From Polyangiales bacterium (GTDB lineage Bacteria; Myxococcota_A; Polyangia; Polyangiales; Houyiibacteriaceae): 64,000 bases of DNA. The DNA lies in NCBI GenBank assembly GCA_045106895.1, contig JBGCFM010000160.1, forward strand, positions 21,882-85,881. Reading direction: 5' to 3'. The notes below the pieces were generated by a model. That model did no database searches. It worked only from the letters and a program-made list of their open reading frames with translations, and was not told where the DNA came from. The translations under genes and the position numbers were made by a program. The stretch's first letter is position 1. Each line of letters begins with the position of its first letter. Below are positions 1-9,228 of this stretch, one piece after another.

Positions 1-1053
1 CGTACGCGTGCGGTGATGCGCCGCTACGTAGAAGAGCGCGGGCGCCAGGAGTTCGACGCGGTGAAGTACCGCGCGGGGCTCACGAGCGCAGTGCGTCACG
101 CGCGCCTGCCGCTGCCGCCTGAGCTTGGCGCGTTTCTCTTTCAGGGCAAGAAGCAGAAGCAGTATGAGTCGCCGCTCTTGGAGTCGTGGCGTGCCGCTCA
201 TTATGCGCAGGACGCCATGTACCGTTTGCCGTACACCGTGGCGGAGGGCTTCGCGGAGAAGCACGGCGTTCCGCGGAAAGTGTTCCTGAAGAAGATCGCG
301 CCGCAGCTGACGAAGACAGAGCGGGAGCGTCTTGGGCGAAGTGCGGGGAAGCTCGGCGTAGACGTGGGGGGCGACCTCTCGAGAATGCCGCTGCTCAAAC
401 TCGCGAGCTACGTGCTCTCGTTTTCGATGGAGGAGCGCGCAAAGAGAGGCGCGGAGATCGATGCTGCGTTTCACAGCGCTGCGGCGCGCGTAGCGGGGCA
501 TCGGACGAGTGGCGGAACGGTCGCGCTCGTCCTCGACGACAGTTACTCGACGCTTGGGGGGCGTGCGACGCGTCAACGGCCTCTAGCGCTAGCTCTTGGT
601 GTTCACTACCTGCTTCATGCTTCGTACGCGACGGTTCGCTCGCATTGGCTGCATGGGCCGGCGGGCCCGTATCCGTTTTTTGTTCGACCGCGGGGCCAAA
701 CGAACCTCGCAGCTTCGTTGCTCACGGCGCTCGAAGGTGAGCCGGACATCGTCTTTGTTGTGTCCGACGGCTGGGAGAACGATCCGCCTGGTGCGACGGC
801 TGCGACGCTGGAACTCTTCTCGCAGCTCAAACGTAGTTGTCTCTTCGTTCACGCAAACCCGGTCTTTGACGGTGAGCGCTTTGAGCCGCGTAAGCTCAGC
901 CCTCTCATGGCGACGCTTGGCGTCCGCGAGCCAGAAGACCTCCTGACTTCTTTGGCCTACGCACGCTTCGCGATGGGGCGCGATTCGGCGTTGGAGCTCG
1001 AAGCGCGGCTGGAGAAGAGCGCGCAGAGCTTCCTCGCTGGAGCTGGGCGATGA
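1..1053 (+). CDS. VWA-domain protein, Ro60/TROVE-like architecture (5'-truncated by window edge)
   Basis: Frame open from base 1. Helical N-part followed by MIDAS-like VALVLDDSYS, ..GQTNL.., VFVVSDGWEN. Stop overlaps next ATG (ATGA 1050-1053). Confidence 0.65.
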   Translation, partial: RTRAVMRRYVEERGRQEFDAVKYRAGLTSAVRHARLPLPPELGAFLFQGKKQKQYESPLLESWRAAHYAQDAMYRLPYTVAEGFAEKHGVPRKVFLKKIAPQLTKTERERLGRSAGKLGVDVGGDLSRMPLLKLASYVLSFSMEERAKRGAEIDAAFHSAAARVAGHRTSGGTVALVLDDSYSTLGGRATRQRPLALALGVHYLLHASYATVRSHWLHGPAGPYPFFVRPRGQTNLAASLLTALEGEPDIVFVVSDGWENDPPGATAATLELFSQLKRSCLFVHANPVFDGERFEPRKLSPLMATLGVREPEDLLTSLAYARFAMGRDSALELEARLEKSAQSFLAGAGR

Positions 1054-2237
1054 AGCAGGTTGTTGCCGACTGGACGCCTGAGCTGCGCGGACTTGAGCTT
1101 GGTCACGCCCAGGTCTGGGGGGCCGTCCGTCTCGTGCCCGTGATTCGTCCACAAACGCTACATGGATTGCGGCTGCACAAGCAGGTGGTGCAGCAGACGG
1201 CGGCGGTGAGCATCGATGAGGGCCACTACGTCAGCTTCGTTCCGCATGGTTATGTGCTGCGATGGGAGGATGAGCAGGACGGGAATGCGAGCGAAGGAGC
1301 GGCGCTCGGCACGGTGATGACAACGAAGTCTCGTCTAGACTCTGCGGACTTCGCGCCGCTCCGCGTCGTTCACGGCCAGGTTCACCGGATGGTGAAACGC
1401 ACCAAGCAGGGACTTCGTTTTTTGCCGCTGCACCTCGCCATGGAAGGGTTTCTTACCTACCAATTCGGTGGGCCGTCGCGGCTCTTTTCTGAGTACAGCC
1501 AAGATGTGATTCGCCGGGGTCTGTCACCACGCGTGGAGTGGTCAATGCGCGGTCGCAGCGTTCCGGACCTCGAGGATGCGTTACGCATTTTTGAGATTCA
1601 TCCGAATCAAGTGGGGGTGCTTCTCTTCGTCGGCGATGAGTTCTACTCGGCGTTTGTTGTTCCCCACGCGGATGACTACCGCGCCCTGCACCGAGACCTG
1701 CTCAGCGACTTCTTTGCGGACACGCTCATCTACCACGCGCTGGGCTACCCCAACGTTCCTGATTGGCAGGTGGAGACGTCCGGGGAGGAGGTGAAGTCCC
1801 TTGCGGATATTCGTGGCTTCCTGGCCCGCACCGAGCGCGAGTGGGGCGAGTTTCATCGTGGCTTGGCGGACCAGTTCTTTGGTCGCCCACATCGCGCGAA
1901 GGAACGCTATCGGCTCGGAAGTTTCTCTCTGCGGCAGCTCTTGCCGTCTTTTGACCCGAAGGTCGACAACCACATTGGTGAGTGCATTTTGGGCGGCGAC
2001 GGCACGCTTGCGTATCTGAAGAGCTACCGACTCTCCGCCGCTCAAAGCCGTCGCGCGTATCTTCTTCAGCAGCTCGCGTCGGTGGACTGGGATTTGGGTG
2101 CTTGCGCGACACTCTTTCGCTCGACGCCGGCGGAGTTCATTCGGCGTCTGGAGAAAGCTGGGTTTGGGTACCTGCTCAAGCCACATGTACTCGCAGAAGC
2201 CATGCGGGCGATGCGCTCGAATACACGTGGACGCTAG
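1050..2237 (+). CDS. ARPP-2-like domain protein with C-terminal Fis-type HTH
   Basis: N-terminal GLELGHAQVWGAVRLVPV and RFLPLHLAMEGFL resemble the actinobacterial/myxobacterial ARPP-2 family as I recall it. C-terminal QLASVDWDLGACATLFRSTPAEFIRRLEKAG fits a Fis-like HTH. Confidence 0.6.
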   Translation: MKQVVADWTPELRGLELGHAQVWGAVRLVPVIRPQTLHGLRLHKQVVQQTAAVSIDEGHYVSFVPHGYVLRWEDEQDGNASEGAALGTVMTTKSRLDSADFAPLRVVHGQVHRMVKRTKQGLRFLPLHLAMEGFLTYQFGGPSRLFSEYSQDVIRRGLSPRVEWSMRGRSVPDLEDALRIFEIHPNQVGVLLFVGDEFYSAFVVPHADDYRALHRDLLSDFFADTLIYHALGYPNVPDWQVETSGEEVKSLADIRGFLARTEREWGEFHRGLADQFFGRPHRAKERYRLGSFSLRQLLPSFDPKVDNHIGECILGGDGTLAYLKSYRLSAAQSRRAYLLQQLASVDWDLGACATLFRSTPAEFIRRLEKAGFGYLLKPHVLAEAMRAMRSNTRGR

Positions 2238-2243
2238 AGCCCA

Positions 2244-2666
2244 TCAACGAGCGCTGATGGCGATTAGCCCTGCCGTCTCGCGGGAGCGAAGGTCGGCGAG
2301 GCTTGTGCTCGCCAACGCGTTGAGGAACGCGTCGCGCGCTTGCTGCAACGCCTTTTCGAGTTTGCACTTCCCGCTCAGCTGACATTGGCCGTCGTCTCGA
2401 AAGCACTCCGCGAGATCGAAGGCTTCGAAGCAGCGCACAACTTCTGCCACACAGATGTCTTCGGCGGGGCGGGCAAGTGTGCTGACCTTTCCACGACCTC
2501 GCTGTGCGTCGACGAAACCTGCGCCGGATAGGGTCTGCATGACCTTCGCCATGTGTGAGCGTGAAATGCCGTGGGCTGCTGCGATATCGGCAGGGGTCGC
2601 TCCGCCACTGTCGGCGAGGTAGATGAGTGCTCGGAGACCGTAGTCGGTGCGTTGTTGAAGTCTCAT
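2244..2666 (-). CDS. nsrR: Rrf2-family NO-sensing repressor (NsrR-like)
   Basis: MRLQQRTDYGLRALIYLA N-terminus, wHTH, three Fe-S Cys in LAECFRDDGQCQLSGKCKL. Divergent from a globin gene. Confidence 0.85.
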   Translation of the reverse strand: MRLQQRTDYGLRALIYLADSGGATPADIAAAHGISRSHMAKVMQTLSGAGFVDAQRGRGKVSTLARPAEDICVAEVVRCFEAFDLAECFRDDGQCQLSGKCKLEKALQQARDAFLNALASTSLADLRSRETAGLIAISAR

Positions 2667-2682
2667 CCTTGCTCTTTCCGGC

Positions 2683-2701
2683 GATGTCTATAAAATACGA
2701 A
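2683..2701. promoter_or_regulatory. Putative NsrR operator overlapping the -10 (TAAAAT 2691-2696) of the globin gene
   Basis: GATGTCTATAAAATACGAA resembles the NsrR box GATGYAT-N5-ATRCATC. It is an AT-rich patch in the 37-bp divergent spacer. Confidence 0.6.
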
Positions 2702-2703
2702 CA

Positions 2704-3345
2704 ATGAGTTCGCATTTTGATCTGACGCGCGAAATGCGCAAGTCTTTCGACGATGAGTCCATCGAAAGGCTGGTTCGTGGTTTCTATGCGCGGATTCGTG
2801 AGGACGAAGAGCTCGGGCCGATCTTTGCTCGCCGCGTCGAAGATTGGGAGCCGCACCTTCAGCGAATGATGTCGTTCTGGACGACGATTCTCCGCGGCGA
2901 AGCGGTCTATCAGCCTGGGCCCAAGGGGCCTCCTCCGGTGGTTCACCGAGGCATCGCTGAGCTCCGCCGGGCCCACTTTGTACGTTGGCTTTCGCTCTTC
3001 GCAGAAGAAGCCAAGCGAGTCTTTCCGGCTGAAGCCGCGTCCTATGTCATTGGCCGTTCCGAAGGAATGGGTCGTGCGCTCTCCGCGCACCTCAAGCCCT
3101 ACAAGACACTCCGTTTTGACGAAGGAAAGATCCCGGAAGGGCTGTTGCGAGAGCACTCGCTCAAAGCGGGAGTTCGTGGGCTCCTGCGCGTCACGCGCGG
3201 AGAACTGGTCTTCGTTGACGCCGATGGGGACAAGACGCGCGTCTTGGCGGGGGAGCACATTCCCGTCGCGCCGGAGGCGGCACATCATCTCGAAGAAGCT
3301 GAGCACGCGGCCATCGAAATCGACTTCTTTCGCACTGGCGCATAG
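2704..3345 (+). CDS. Group III truncated haemoglobin fused to a DUF1971 (YeaR/TehB N-terminal cupin) domain
   Basis: Globin motifs FYARIR..LGPIF..DWEPHL..FW..H..HFVRWLSLF, then PYKTLRFDEGKIPEGLLREHSLKAGVRGLLRVTRGEL..PEAAHHL typical of DUF1971. Confidence 0.85.
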   Translation: MSSHFDLTREMRKSFDDESIERLVRGFYARIREDEELGPIFARRVEDWEPHLQRMMSFWTTILRGEAVYQPGPKGPPPVVHRGIAELRRAHFVRWLSLFAEEAKRVFPAEAASYVIGRSEGMGRALSAHLKPYKTLRFDEGKIPEGLLREHSLKAGVRGLLRVTRGELVFVDADGDKTRVLAGEHIPVAPEAAHHLEEAEHAAIEIDFFRTGA

Positions 3346-3362
3346 GAGGCTATAAGCTCGCT

Positions 3363-4049
3363 GTGCGACGCAAAAACCCGGACGCCTTCGAGCCTGAGCT
3401 TGGCATTCCTGTTCTTCCAGGGAGTCCATCGGATGTCGTGAGGGTTTTGGGTGGTGTCATCACGGACGCCCGCCTTGAGCGAGTTCGTCGCGTCGCGGCC
3501 GGGCGGACGAGACGCGTCATTCCTGTGTTGGAAGGCCTGATGGATCCACACAACGGCTCGGCCATCCTGAGGTCCGCGGACGCATTTGGTATCGCTGAGG
3601 TGCACATTGTTCCGGGACCGAACGGTTTCTACGCAGGGAGTACCGTCGCGAAGGGAACGACGCAGTGGCTGGACCTGCAACCTCACGAGACCAGCGAAGC
3701 GTGCGCGGACGCTCTCGTGGGCGCCGGTTACTCCATCTACGCGGCGTCGATGGAGGGCGAAGCACGTCTTGAGGACCTCGCGAAGCTCGACAAGGTGGCC
3801 ATCGTTTTTGGGAATGAACACAGCGGGCCCTCTGCGGCCATGCGAGAGCGAGCGACGGGCACATACGCGATTCCGATGCGTGGTTTCGTAGAGAGCCTCA
3901 ATGTGTCTGTGGCTGCGGCGATCACGCTGCATGGCGTCGTCGCAGACCGGCCGAGCGAACTGACGGATGAGGAACTGGAGCTTCTCGTGGCGCGAATGCT
4001 CTTTCGAACGGTACCGGACGCTGCGGAGATCTTGGCCGACCGCCTCTGA
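3363..4049 (+). CDS. trmH: SpoU/TrmH-family tRNA (Gm18) 2'-O-methyltransferase
   Basis: DPHNGSAILRSADAFG, VFGNEHSG, IPMRGFVESLNVSVAA. Confidence 0.9.
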   Translation: MRRKNPDAFEPELGIPVLPGSPSDVVRVLGGVITDARLERVRRVAAGRTRRVIPVLEGLMDPHNGSAILRSADAFGIAEVHIVPGPNGFYAGSTVAKGTTQWLDLQPHETSEACADALVGAGYSIYAASMEGEARLEDLAKLDKVAIVFGNEHSGPSAAMRERATGTYAIPMRGFVESLNVSVAAAITLHGVVADRPSELTDEELELLVARMLFRTVPDAAEILADRL

Positions 4050-4052
4050 AGG

Positions 4053-5462
4053 CTATTCGCTACAGATCGCGCGAATACGAACTCGGACATCGGGCGCGAG
4101 GGCCGTTGCACAAGAGCTAGGGCAGAGCTCAAGAGCGCTGGGCCGAGGTTGCCCGTCTTCTCGAAAGTAGAAACCTCCGAGCGTAGCGTCGCAGGCGGAC
4201 GCGTCAGGGACGGCGCGAAGTTCTCGCACTGGACGTTCGCCGTCGCTTGTTTCGCGGACGAGACGCACTTCGACATCTTCTGCGCGAGGAAAGCGGCCGG
4301 GTGCTGGAATCGAGTACGCACATGTTCGAAGTGAACGACGAAGACGATTGAGCTCTTCCAGAAACTCGTCACTGACGGCGCTTGTCGTGGTGATGATACT
4401 CGCTTCGTTGGTACCTCCGGCGATGGCGAGGCGAGTCAGGTTCTCGCGGGCGTCGGCCTCTTCGAACGCATCGAAAACACCGATGACGTAGGTCATGATC
4501 CCGTCTGCAACGCCTTCTGCGGCGATGAGTTCAGGGCCTTCGATGGCCGTCGCAGGCTCGCCTGGGACGACGGAGGAGTCGCAGCTCGAAGGCAGTCCAT
4601 CTGTCGCAAGAAGGACTACCACCGTCCGCTCCGGTCGGCTTCGGCTTCGAACGCGCGCTTGTTCAATGATCCCTTCGAGGGCAGGGAGCGTTGGTGTCGT
4701 GCCGCCGGGGCGCCGGCTCCGCAGTGACTGGACGATGGGACGTGCGGCCTGCGGCAGCACGGACACGGCGACGGCCGGCGTCAAATAGGATTCGACGCCA
4801 CAGAGTGCCGGGTTTTCGCAGCGCCCGCTGAGCCTGCACGGAGTGAGCGGCTCGGGTCCGCAGAACTGGCCTTCGACACATGCGCCGCCAAAAGGAAACT
4901 CTCCTGGGCAGCTGCCATTGAGCTGACAATGCTGACCCGTTTCGCAGTGGGAGTCGTGCTCACAAACGTTCTGCGGACCCTCGCCGCGGCACACGCCTCC
5001 GAGGATACATTGGCCGTCGCAATCGGCTTGGTCCCTGCACCGCTGTGGGTAGTCCGAATCATCGAAGGGAAAGAAGGTCAAAGACACCCTGAGCCCACGG
5101 GAACTCTCTTCGTTCACGAAGGCTTCAACGGCATTCGTGACGGCGTCCTTTTTCGTCGATCCAAACTCGATCTGCCGGTCCATCGACGCGGAGAAGTCCA
5201 TCAGAATGAAGATGTCGAGGTCAGCGCCGCCGGCGAGGGAGTCGAAAGGCAGGCAGTAGGGGGTTGAGGTGTCGAGGGAGGAATCGCTGACCTGAACCGT
5301 GGCGTCCCTCAGGTCGTCATCGGAGCCCGCGTCCCGCCCTGCGTCCGTCTCCTCTGTCTCTTCCCCCTCGGGGATACTGAGCCCCGTCCGTGCGCCACAT
5401 GACAGACAGAAAATGCACACCACGGCCGCCGAAATAGCGCCTTTTTGTGCCTGCCAGATCAT
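4053..5462 (-). CDS. Cys-rich VWA-domain lipoprotein
   Basis: Lipobox-like CLSC, acidic DAG linker, MIDAS DFSAS..GTTPT..ATDG, Cys-rich insertion, C-terminal LELCPSSC. Start taken at ATG 5462. Confidence 0.75.
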   Translation of the reverse strand: MIWQAQKGAISAAVVCIFCLSCGARTGLSIPEGEETEETDAGRDAGSDDDLRDATVQVSDSSLDTSTPYCLPFDSLAGGADLDIFILMDFSASMDRQIEFGSTKKDAVTNAVEAFVNEESSRGLRVSLTFFPFDDSDYPQRCRDQADCDGQCILGGVCRGEGPQNVCEHDSHCETGQHCQLNGSCPGEFPFGGACVEGQFCGPEPLTPCRLSGRCENPALCGVESYLTPAVAVSVLPQAARPIVQSLRSRRPGGTTPTLPALEGIIEQARVRSRSRPERTVVVLLATDGLPSSCDSSVVPGEPATAIEGPELIAAEGVADGIMTYVIGVFDAFEEADARENLTRLAIAGGTNEASIITTTSAVSDEFLEELNRLRRSLRTCAYSIPAPGRFPRAEDVEVRLVRETSDGERPVRELRAVPDASACDATLGGFYFREDGQPRPSALELCPSSCATALAPDVRVRIRAICSE

Positions 5463-5614
5463 GAGTCTCAGTTCATGCGAGACACGTGCCAGCGTCAGCC
5501 CGAAAACGGGCTCTCTCAACGGCCGGTTCCGGGAATGACGTCGCTCTTCGTTACGTTTACCTATTATCAGTGTTGTATTGCCCACTGGGCAGGCACTCAG
5601 TAGGTTCCATTTCG

Positions 5615-7990
5615 ATGGCGAATCCCACACGCACTCAGCGAGGAAAAGCCCTTCGGCCACGGCGGCCGGTGGGCAAGATTCGTGGAAAGAAACGTGGGCC
5701 CGTCAAGAAACGCAAATGGCTGCGCAGGCTCTTTTGGTTGTGCGCTGTAGGCCTCCTCGTCGCCTTCGTCGGCGCCAGCGGTATGCTCTGGTACTACGGG
5801 CGTGACCTACCGGATGTCGCTGAGCTTCGTGACTACGAGCCTCCGCAGACCACGCGTATCCTTGATCGCAACGGTCGCTCCATCGGCGAGGTGTTCAGCG
5901 AACGCCGCACCGTGATTCCGATGGACCAGATTCCGCGGCATTTCGTCTTGTGCGTGCTGGCGGCGGAGGACGCGGATTTCTACCAGCACGAAGGCCTAGA
6001 CTACGCCGGAATGGTCCGCGCGATATTGCGTGATATCAGCGAAGGCCGAGCAGCCGAAGGCGCGAGCACGATCACGCAGCAGGTGGTGAAGCTTCTCTTG
6101 CTTACGCCGGAGCGGACGCTCTCACGCAAGGTACGCGAGCTCATCCTTGCGCGACGGTTGGAGCAAGAACTAACGAAGGACGAGATCCTTTATCTCTATC
6201 TCAACCACATCAACTTTGGACACGGACGTTATGGCGTTCAAGAGGCCGCGCGGTTCTACTTCGGCAAGGACGCAGCGGATCTAACGTTGGCGGAGTCGTC
6301 CCTGATTGCTGGTGTCCCTCAGGCGCCGGCGCGCCTCTCGCCGCGCACGCACGTGGAGGCGGCGAGACGCCGACAGAACTACGTCCTTGGCCAACTCCTG
6401 GCCAAACGTGATCGTTATTGGCCAGACCTTGGCGTCGACGAGATCGAAGAGGCGCGTTCGACGGAGCCGACCATCGTGCCCCGTGAGACGCTCGAAGATT
6501 CCGCGCCGGAAATCCAACGGATCGTTCGCGCGGAACTTCGAGAGATTATTGGCGCCGACGCTTACCGCCAAGGTGGGTACACGGTGCACACGACCCTCGA
6601 CGAAGAGGTTCAGCGAGGTGCTCGCGCGGCGCTGCGTGAGGGGCTCGAGGCGGTGGATGAGCGGCACAATTACCGTGGGCCGTTGCGCGGCACGTCGGGG
6701 GCCAGCGGCGCTGTAGAGGCGCTTCGTGAAGGGCGTCGATACGTCGGCACGTCACTCCGCGCTGATGCAGAGACGCGCACCATCGTGTTCGACATCGGGG
6801 GGCATGAGGCTGTCGTCGATTTGAGTGACAACGCTCGCTACGATCCTCGCGAGCTCGCGCCGGCGCGTTTCGCGCCGGAAGGGACAACAGCGCGGCTCGT
6901 CGTGACGAGCGTTGGTGAAGACCGCGCGGAGGCACGTCTGGACCTTGGGCCCCAAGGCGCTGTCATCGTTATCGACCCACGTACCCGCGACGTCCTGGCC
7001 ATCGCTGGTGGCTACGAATCAGCCCACGGTTTCGACCGAGCGACACAGGCGAGTCGCCAGCCCGGCTCAACGTTCAAGCCGCTGGTTTATGCCGTCGGGA
7101 TTCGCTCACAGATGTTCACGCCTTCGACGCTGATGATCGATGCGCCCGCCGTGTACGACCAGTGGATGCCGCAGAACTACGAACAGTGGCGACACGAAGG
7201 GCCGGTGCCTCTTCGGACGGCGCTCGCCAGCTCTATCAACGTTGTGGCGGTGCGTGCTATCGAAGAGGTTGGCCCAGCGGAGGTGGTCACCTTTGCCCGT
7301 CGACTTGGCATCGAGAGCGAGCTCGACCCGCAACTCTCACTCGCGCTTGGTAGCAGCGAAGTACGGCCCATCGAGATGGTCAACGCGTACGCGACCTTCG
7401 CGAGCGGCGGTCGCTGGGCGCCGCCGCGTTTCATCACGCGAATCGAAGGCCCCGACGGGGAGCCGATCACGCTGCCGTCTCGCGCTCAGCCTCGTGACGT
7501 GATGACTCCAGCAGAAGCGTATTTGGTGACGAGCATGCTCGAGACCGTGGTTCAGGAAGGAACAGGGCGCCGAGCGCGACAGTTGGGCCGACCCGCCGCA
7601 GGCAAGACCGGCACCAGCAACGAGGCGCGCGACGCCTGGTTTGTTGGTTACACCGCCAACGTCGTCGCGGGCGTCTGGGTTGGGTTCGACGATAACCGCC
7701 CCCTCGGGCGCCGCGAAGGTGGCTCGCGAACGGCGTTGCCGATCTGGGTGGATGTGATTCGTGCTGCTGAAGGCGAGAGTCGCGTCCTCGATTTCGCGCG
7801 CCCGAGTGGTGTTGTCGAACGAACCATCGACCCGGCGACGGGTCTGCTTGCGTACGAAGGAATGGCCAACACTCGGGTGGAGGTCTTCCTCGATGGGACG
7901 GAGCCCACCGAGACGGTGCGCTCTCCGGATGTGGTGGACCCATCGACGTTCTTGATGGAACAGCTTGGCGGTGAAGAGAGCTCGCCGTGA
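5615..7990 (+). CDS. mrcA: Class A penicillin-binding protein PBP1A
   Basis: Basic N-tail plus TM helix. Transglycosylase EDADFYQHEG, GASTITQQVVK, RKVRE. Transpeptidase STFK, SIN, KTGT. Confidence 0.95.
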   Translation: MANPTRTQRGKALRPRRPVGKIRGKKRGPVKKRKWLRRLFWLCAVGLLVAFVGASGMLWYYGRDLPDVAELRDYEPPQTTRILDRNGRSIGEVFSERRTVIPMDQIPRHFVLCVLAAEDADFYQHEGLDYAGMVRAILRDISEGRAAEGASTITQQVVKLLLLTPERTLSRKVRELILARRLEQELTKDEILYLYLNHINFGHGRYGVQEAARFYFGKDAADLTLAESSLIAGVPQAPARLSPRTHVEAARRRQNYVLGQLLAKRDRYWPDLGVDEIEEARSTEPTIVPRETLEDSAPEIQRIVRAELREIIGADAYRQGGYTVHTTLDEEVQRGARAALREGLEAVDERHNYRGPLRGTSGASGAVEALREGRRYVGTSLRADAETRTIVFDIGGHEAVVDLSDNARYDPRELAPARFAPEGTTARLVVTSVGEDRAEARLDLGPQGAVIVIDPRTRDVLAIAGGYESAHGFDRATQASRQPGSTFKPLVYAVGIRSQMFTPSTLMIDAPAVYDQWMPQNYEQWRHEGPVPLRTALASSINVVAVRAIEEVGPAEVVTFARRLGIESELDPQLSLALGSSEVRPIEMVNAYATFASGGRWAPPRFITRIEGPDGEPITLPSRAQPRDVMTPAEAYLVTSMLETVVQEGTGRRARQLGRPAAGKTGTSNEARDAWFVGYTANVVAGVWVGFDDNRPLGRREGGSRTALPIWVDVIRAAEGESRVLDFARPSGVVERTIDPATGLLAYEGMANTRVEVFLDGTEPTETVRSPDVVDPSTFLMEQLGGEESSP

Positions 7991-9228
7991 GGTCTCGCTC
8001 TCTGCCGGCGCGGGCATGCCTCCTGGCTGCGCTGTGCCTCGCGTCGTCTGAGCCTGCGGAAGCGAATGCGCAGGTTGCTGACTCGGGACTGCAGGGAGCT
8101 TGCGACTTGTTGCGCCGTCTGGGCGAGGAGAATCCGGGGAGATCTGCGCAGGTGAGCTCGGAGTGGCCACCTTCAAGCCCTCGCGGAGCCGCGCTGGCAA
8201 CGCGACTCCAGGAGTGCGTCGGACCCGAGACCGGCGGGGACCCACGAGCGCTTCTCCTTCGGGTGGAGGGAGCGTCGCTCGTTGCCGAGCTGAAGGTACG
8301 ACGCGGATACTCATGGCTCTGGCGTTTTTTCGGGTTCTCCTCCGAGCTTGAACCCGTGCGCGTCGCCCTCGACGCGGAACTCCGCACATACGTCGCCCAA
8401 CGCCCCGCGCTTCGTCGCGGCGCCGTCGTCGCCCGGGCCCTTGCGTTGCCAGGCCGCGGGTACACAGGCATCGCTAGTCATGACGGTTTGGTGTTGCTGG
8501 CGGGAGCACGCGAGCTTCGCACGATGCGCTACGCCGTTCGCCGTGGACGCCCCGTACTTGTACGAGACGAACGCTTGGTGGTTCCTCCTCCGCCCCACGG
8601 GCGTCGGGACGCCTTCTCGCGTGCGAGCGATGGGGTCTTCTGGCAGCGGGGCCAAGTACTTCAACAGGTTCGGCTCTCGCCGCTGCGCGTTGAGGCCGCC
8701 AGCTCCCCGTGTGAAGAGGGGGCGTTTCCCTTGGCAGACGCATGCGCTCACTGGGCACTTGGGCGCGACTACTTCGACTCGCGACTTGCGACGCGAGCGT
8801 CCTCGGTACCGCCGGAGCGAGCACCGACGAGTTTCTATGCTCGCTCGCGTCGCATCGTGAGGCGTTCGGATGGAAGCGCTGACCCCGTGGAGGTGGTCGT
8901 GTCCCCACGAGGCCGTATCGTCGCACGAACGGGATCACGCACGGTGGGTGTCGCTGGCTACGGCGCGGGGCTCGCCGCGGCGGACGTGGACCAAGATGGC
9001 TCCCTCGAAGTATTTGCGAGCCTCGATTCACCGGTCGGCGAAGGCGATAGACTTCACATCATTCGTGTGAGACCGGATGGCTCCCTTATTCGAATTTGGA
9101 TGTCCGAGCCCGTTGCTGGGAGCATCCTGCTCGCGACGTCGGCGGACCTCGACGGCGACGGCTTCGAAGAGTTCTTGGCCGTGGAAGAAGTCGAAGGCGA
9201 GAACGCTCGACTTTGGATTGTGCGATGA
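7987..9228 (+). CDS. Secreted protein with C-terminal FG-GAP/VCBS-like Ca-binding repeats
   Basis: Signal peptide. ADVDQDGSLEV and ADLDGDGFEEF motifs. GTGA overlap with PBP1A stop. Confidence 0.65.
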   Translation: MRSRSLPARACLLAALCLASSEPAEANAQVADSGLQGACDLLRRLGEENPGRSAQVSSEWPPSSPRGAALATRLQECVGPETGGDPRALLLRVEGASLVAELKVRRGYSWLWRFFGFSSELEPVRVALDAELRTYVAQRPALRRGAVVARALALPGRGYTGIASHDGLVLLAGARELRTMRYAVRRGRPVLVRDERLVVPPPPHGRRDAFSRASDGVFWQRGQVLQQVRLSPLRVEAASSPCEEGAFPLADACAHWALGRDYFDSRLATRASSVPPERAPTSFYARSRRIVRRSDGSADPVEVVVSPRGRIVARTGSRTVGVAGYGAGLAAADVDQDGSLEVFASLDSPVGEGDRLHIIRVRPDGSLIRIWMSEPVAGSILLATSADLDGDGFEEFLAVEEVEGENARLWIVR

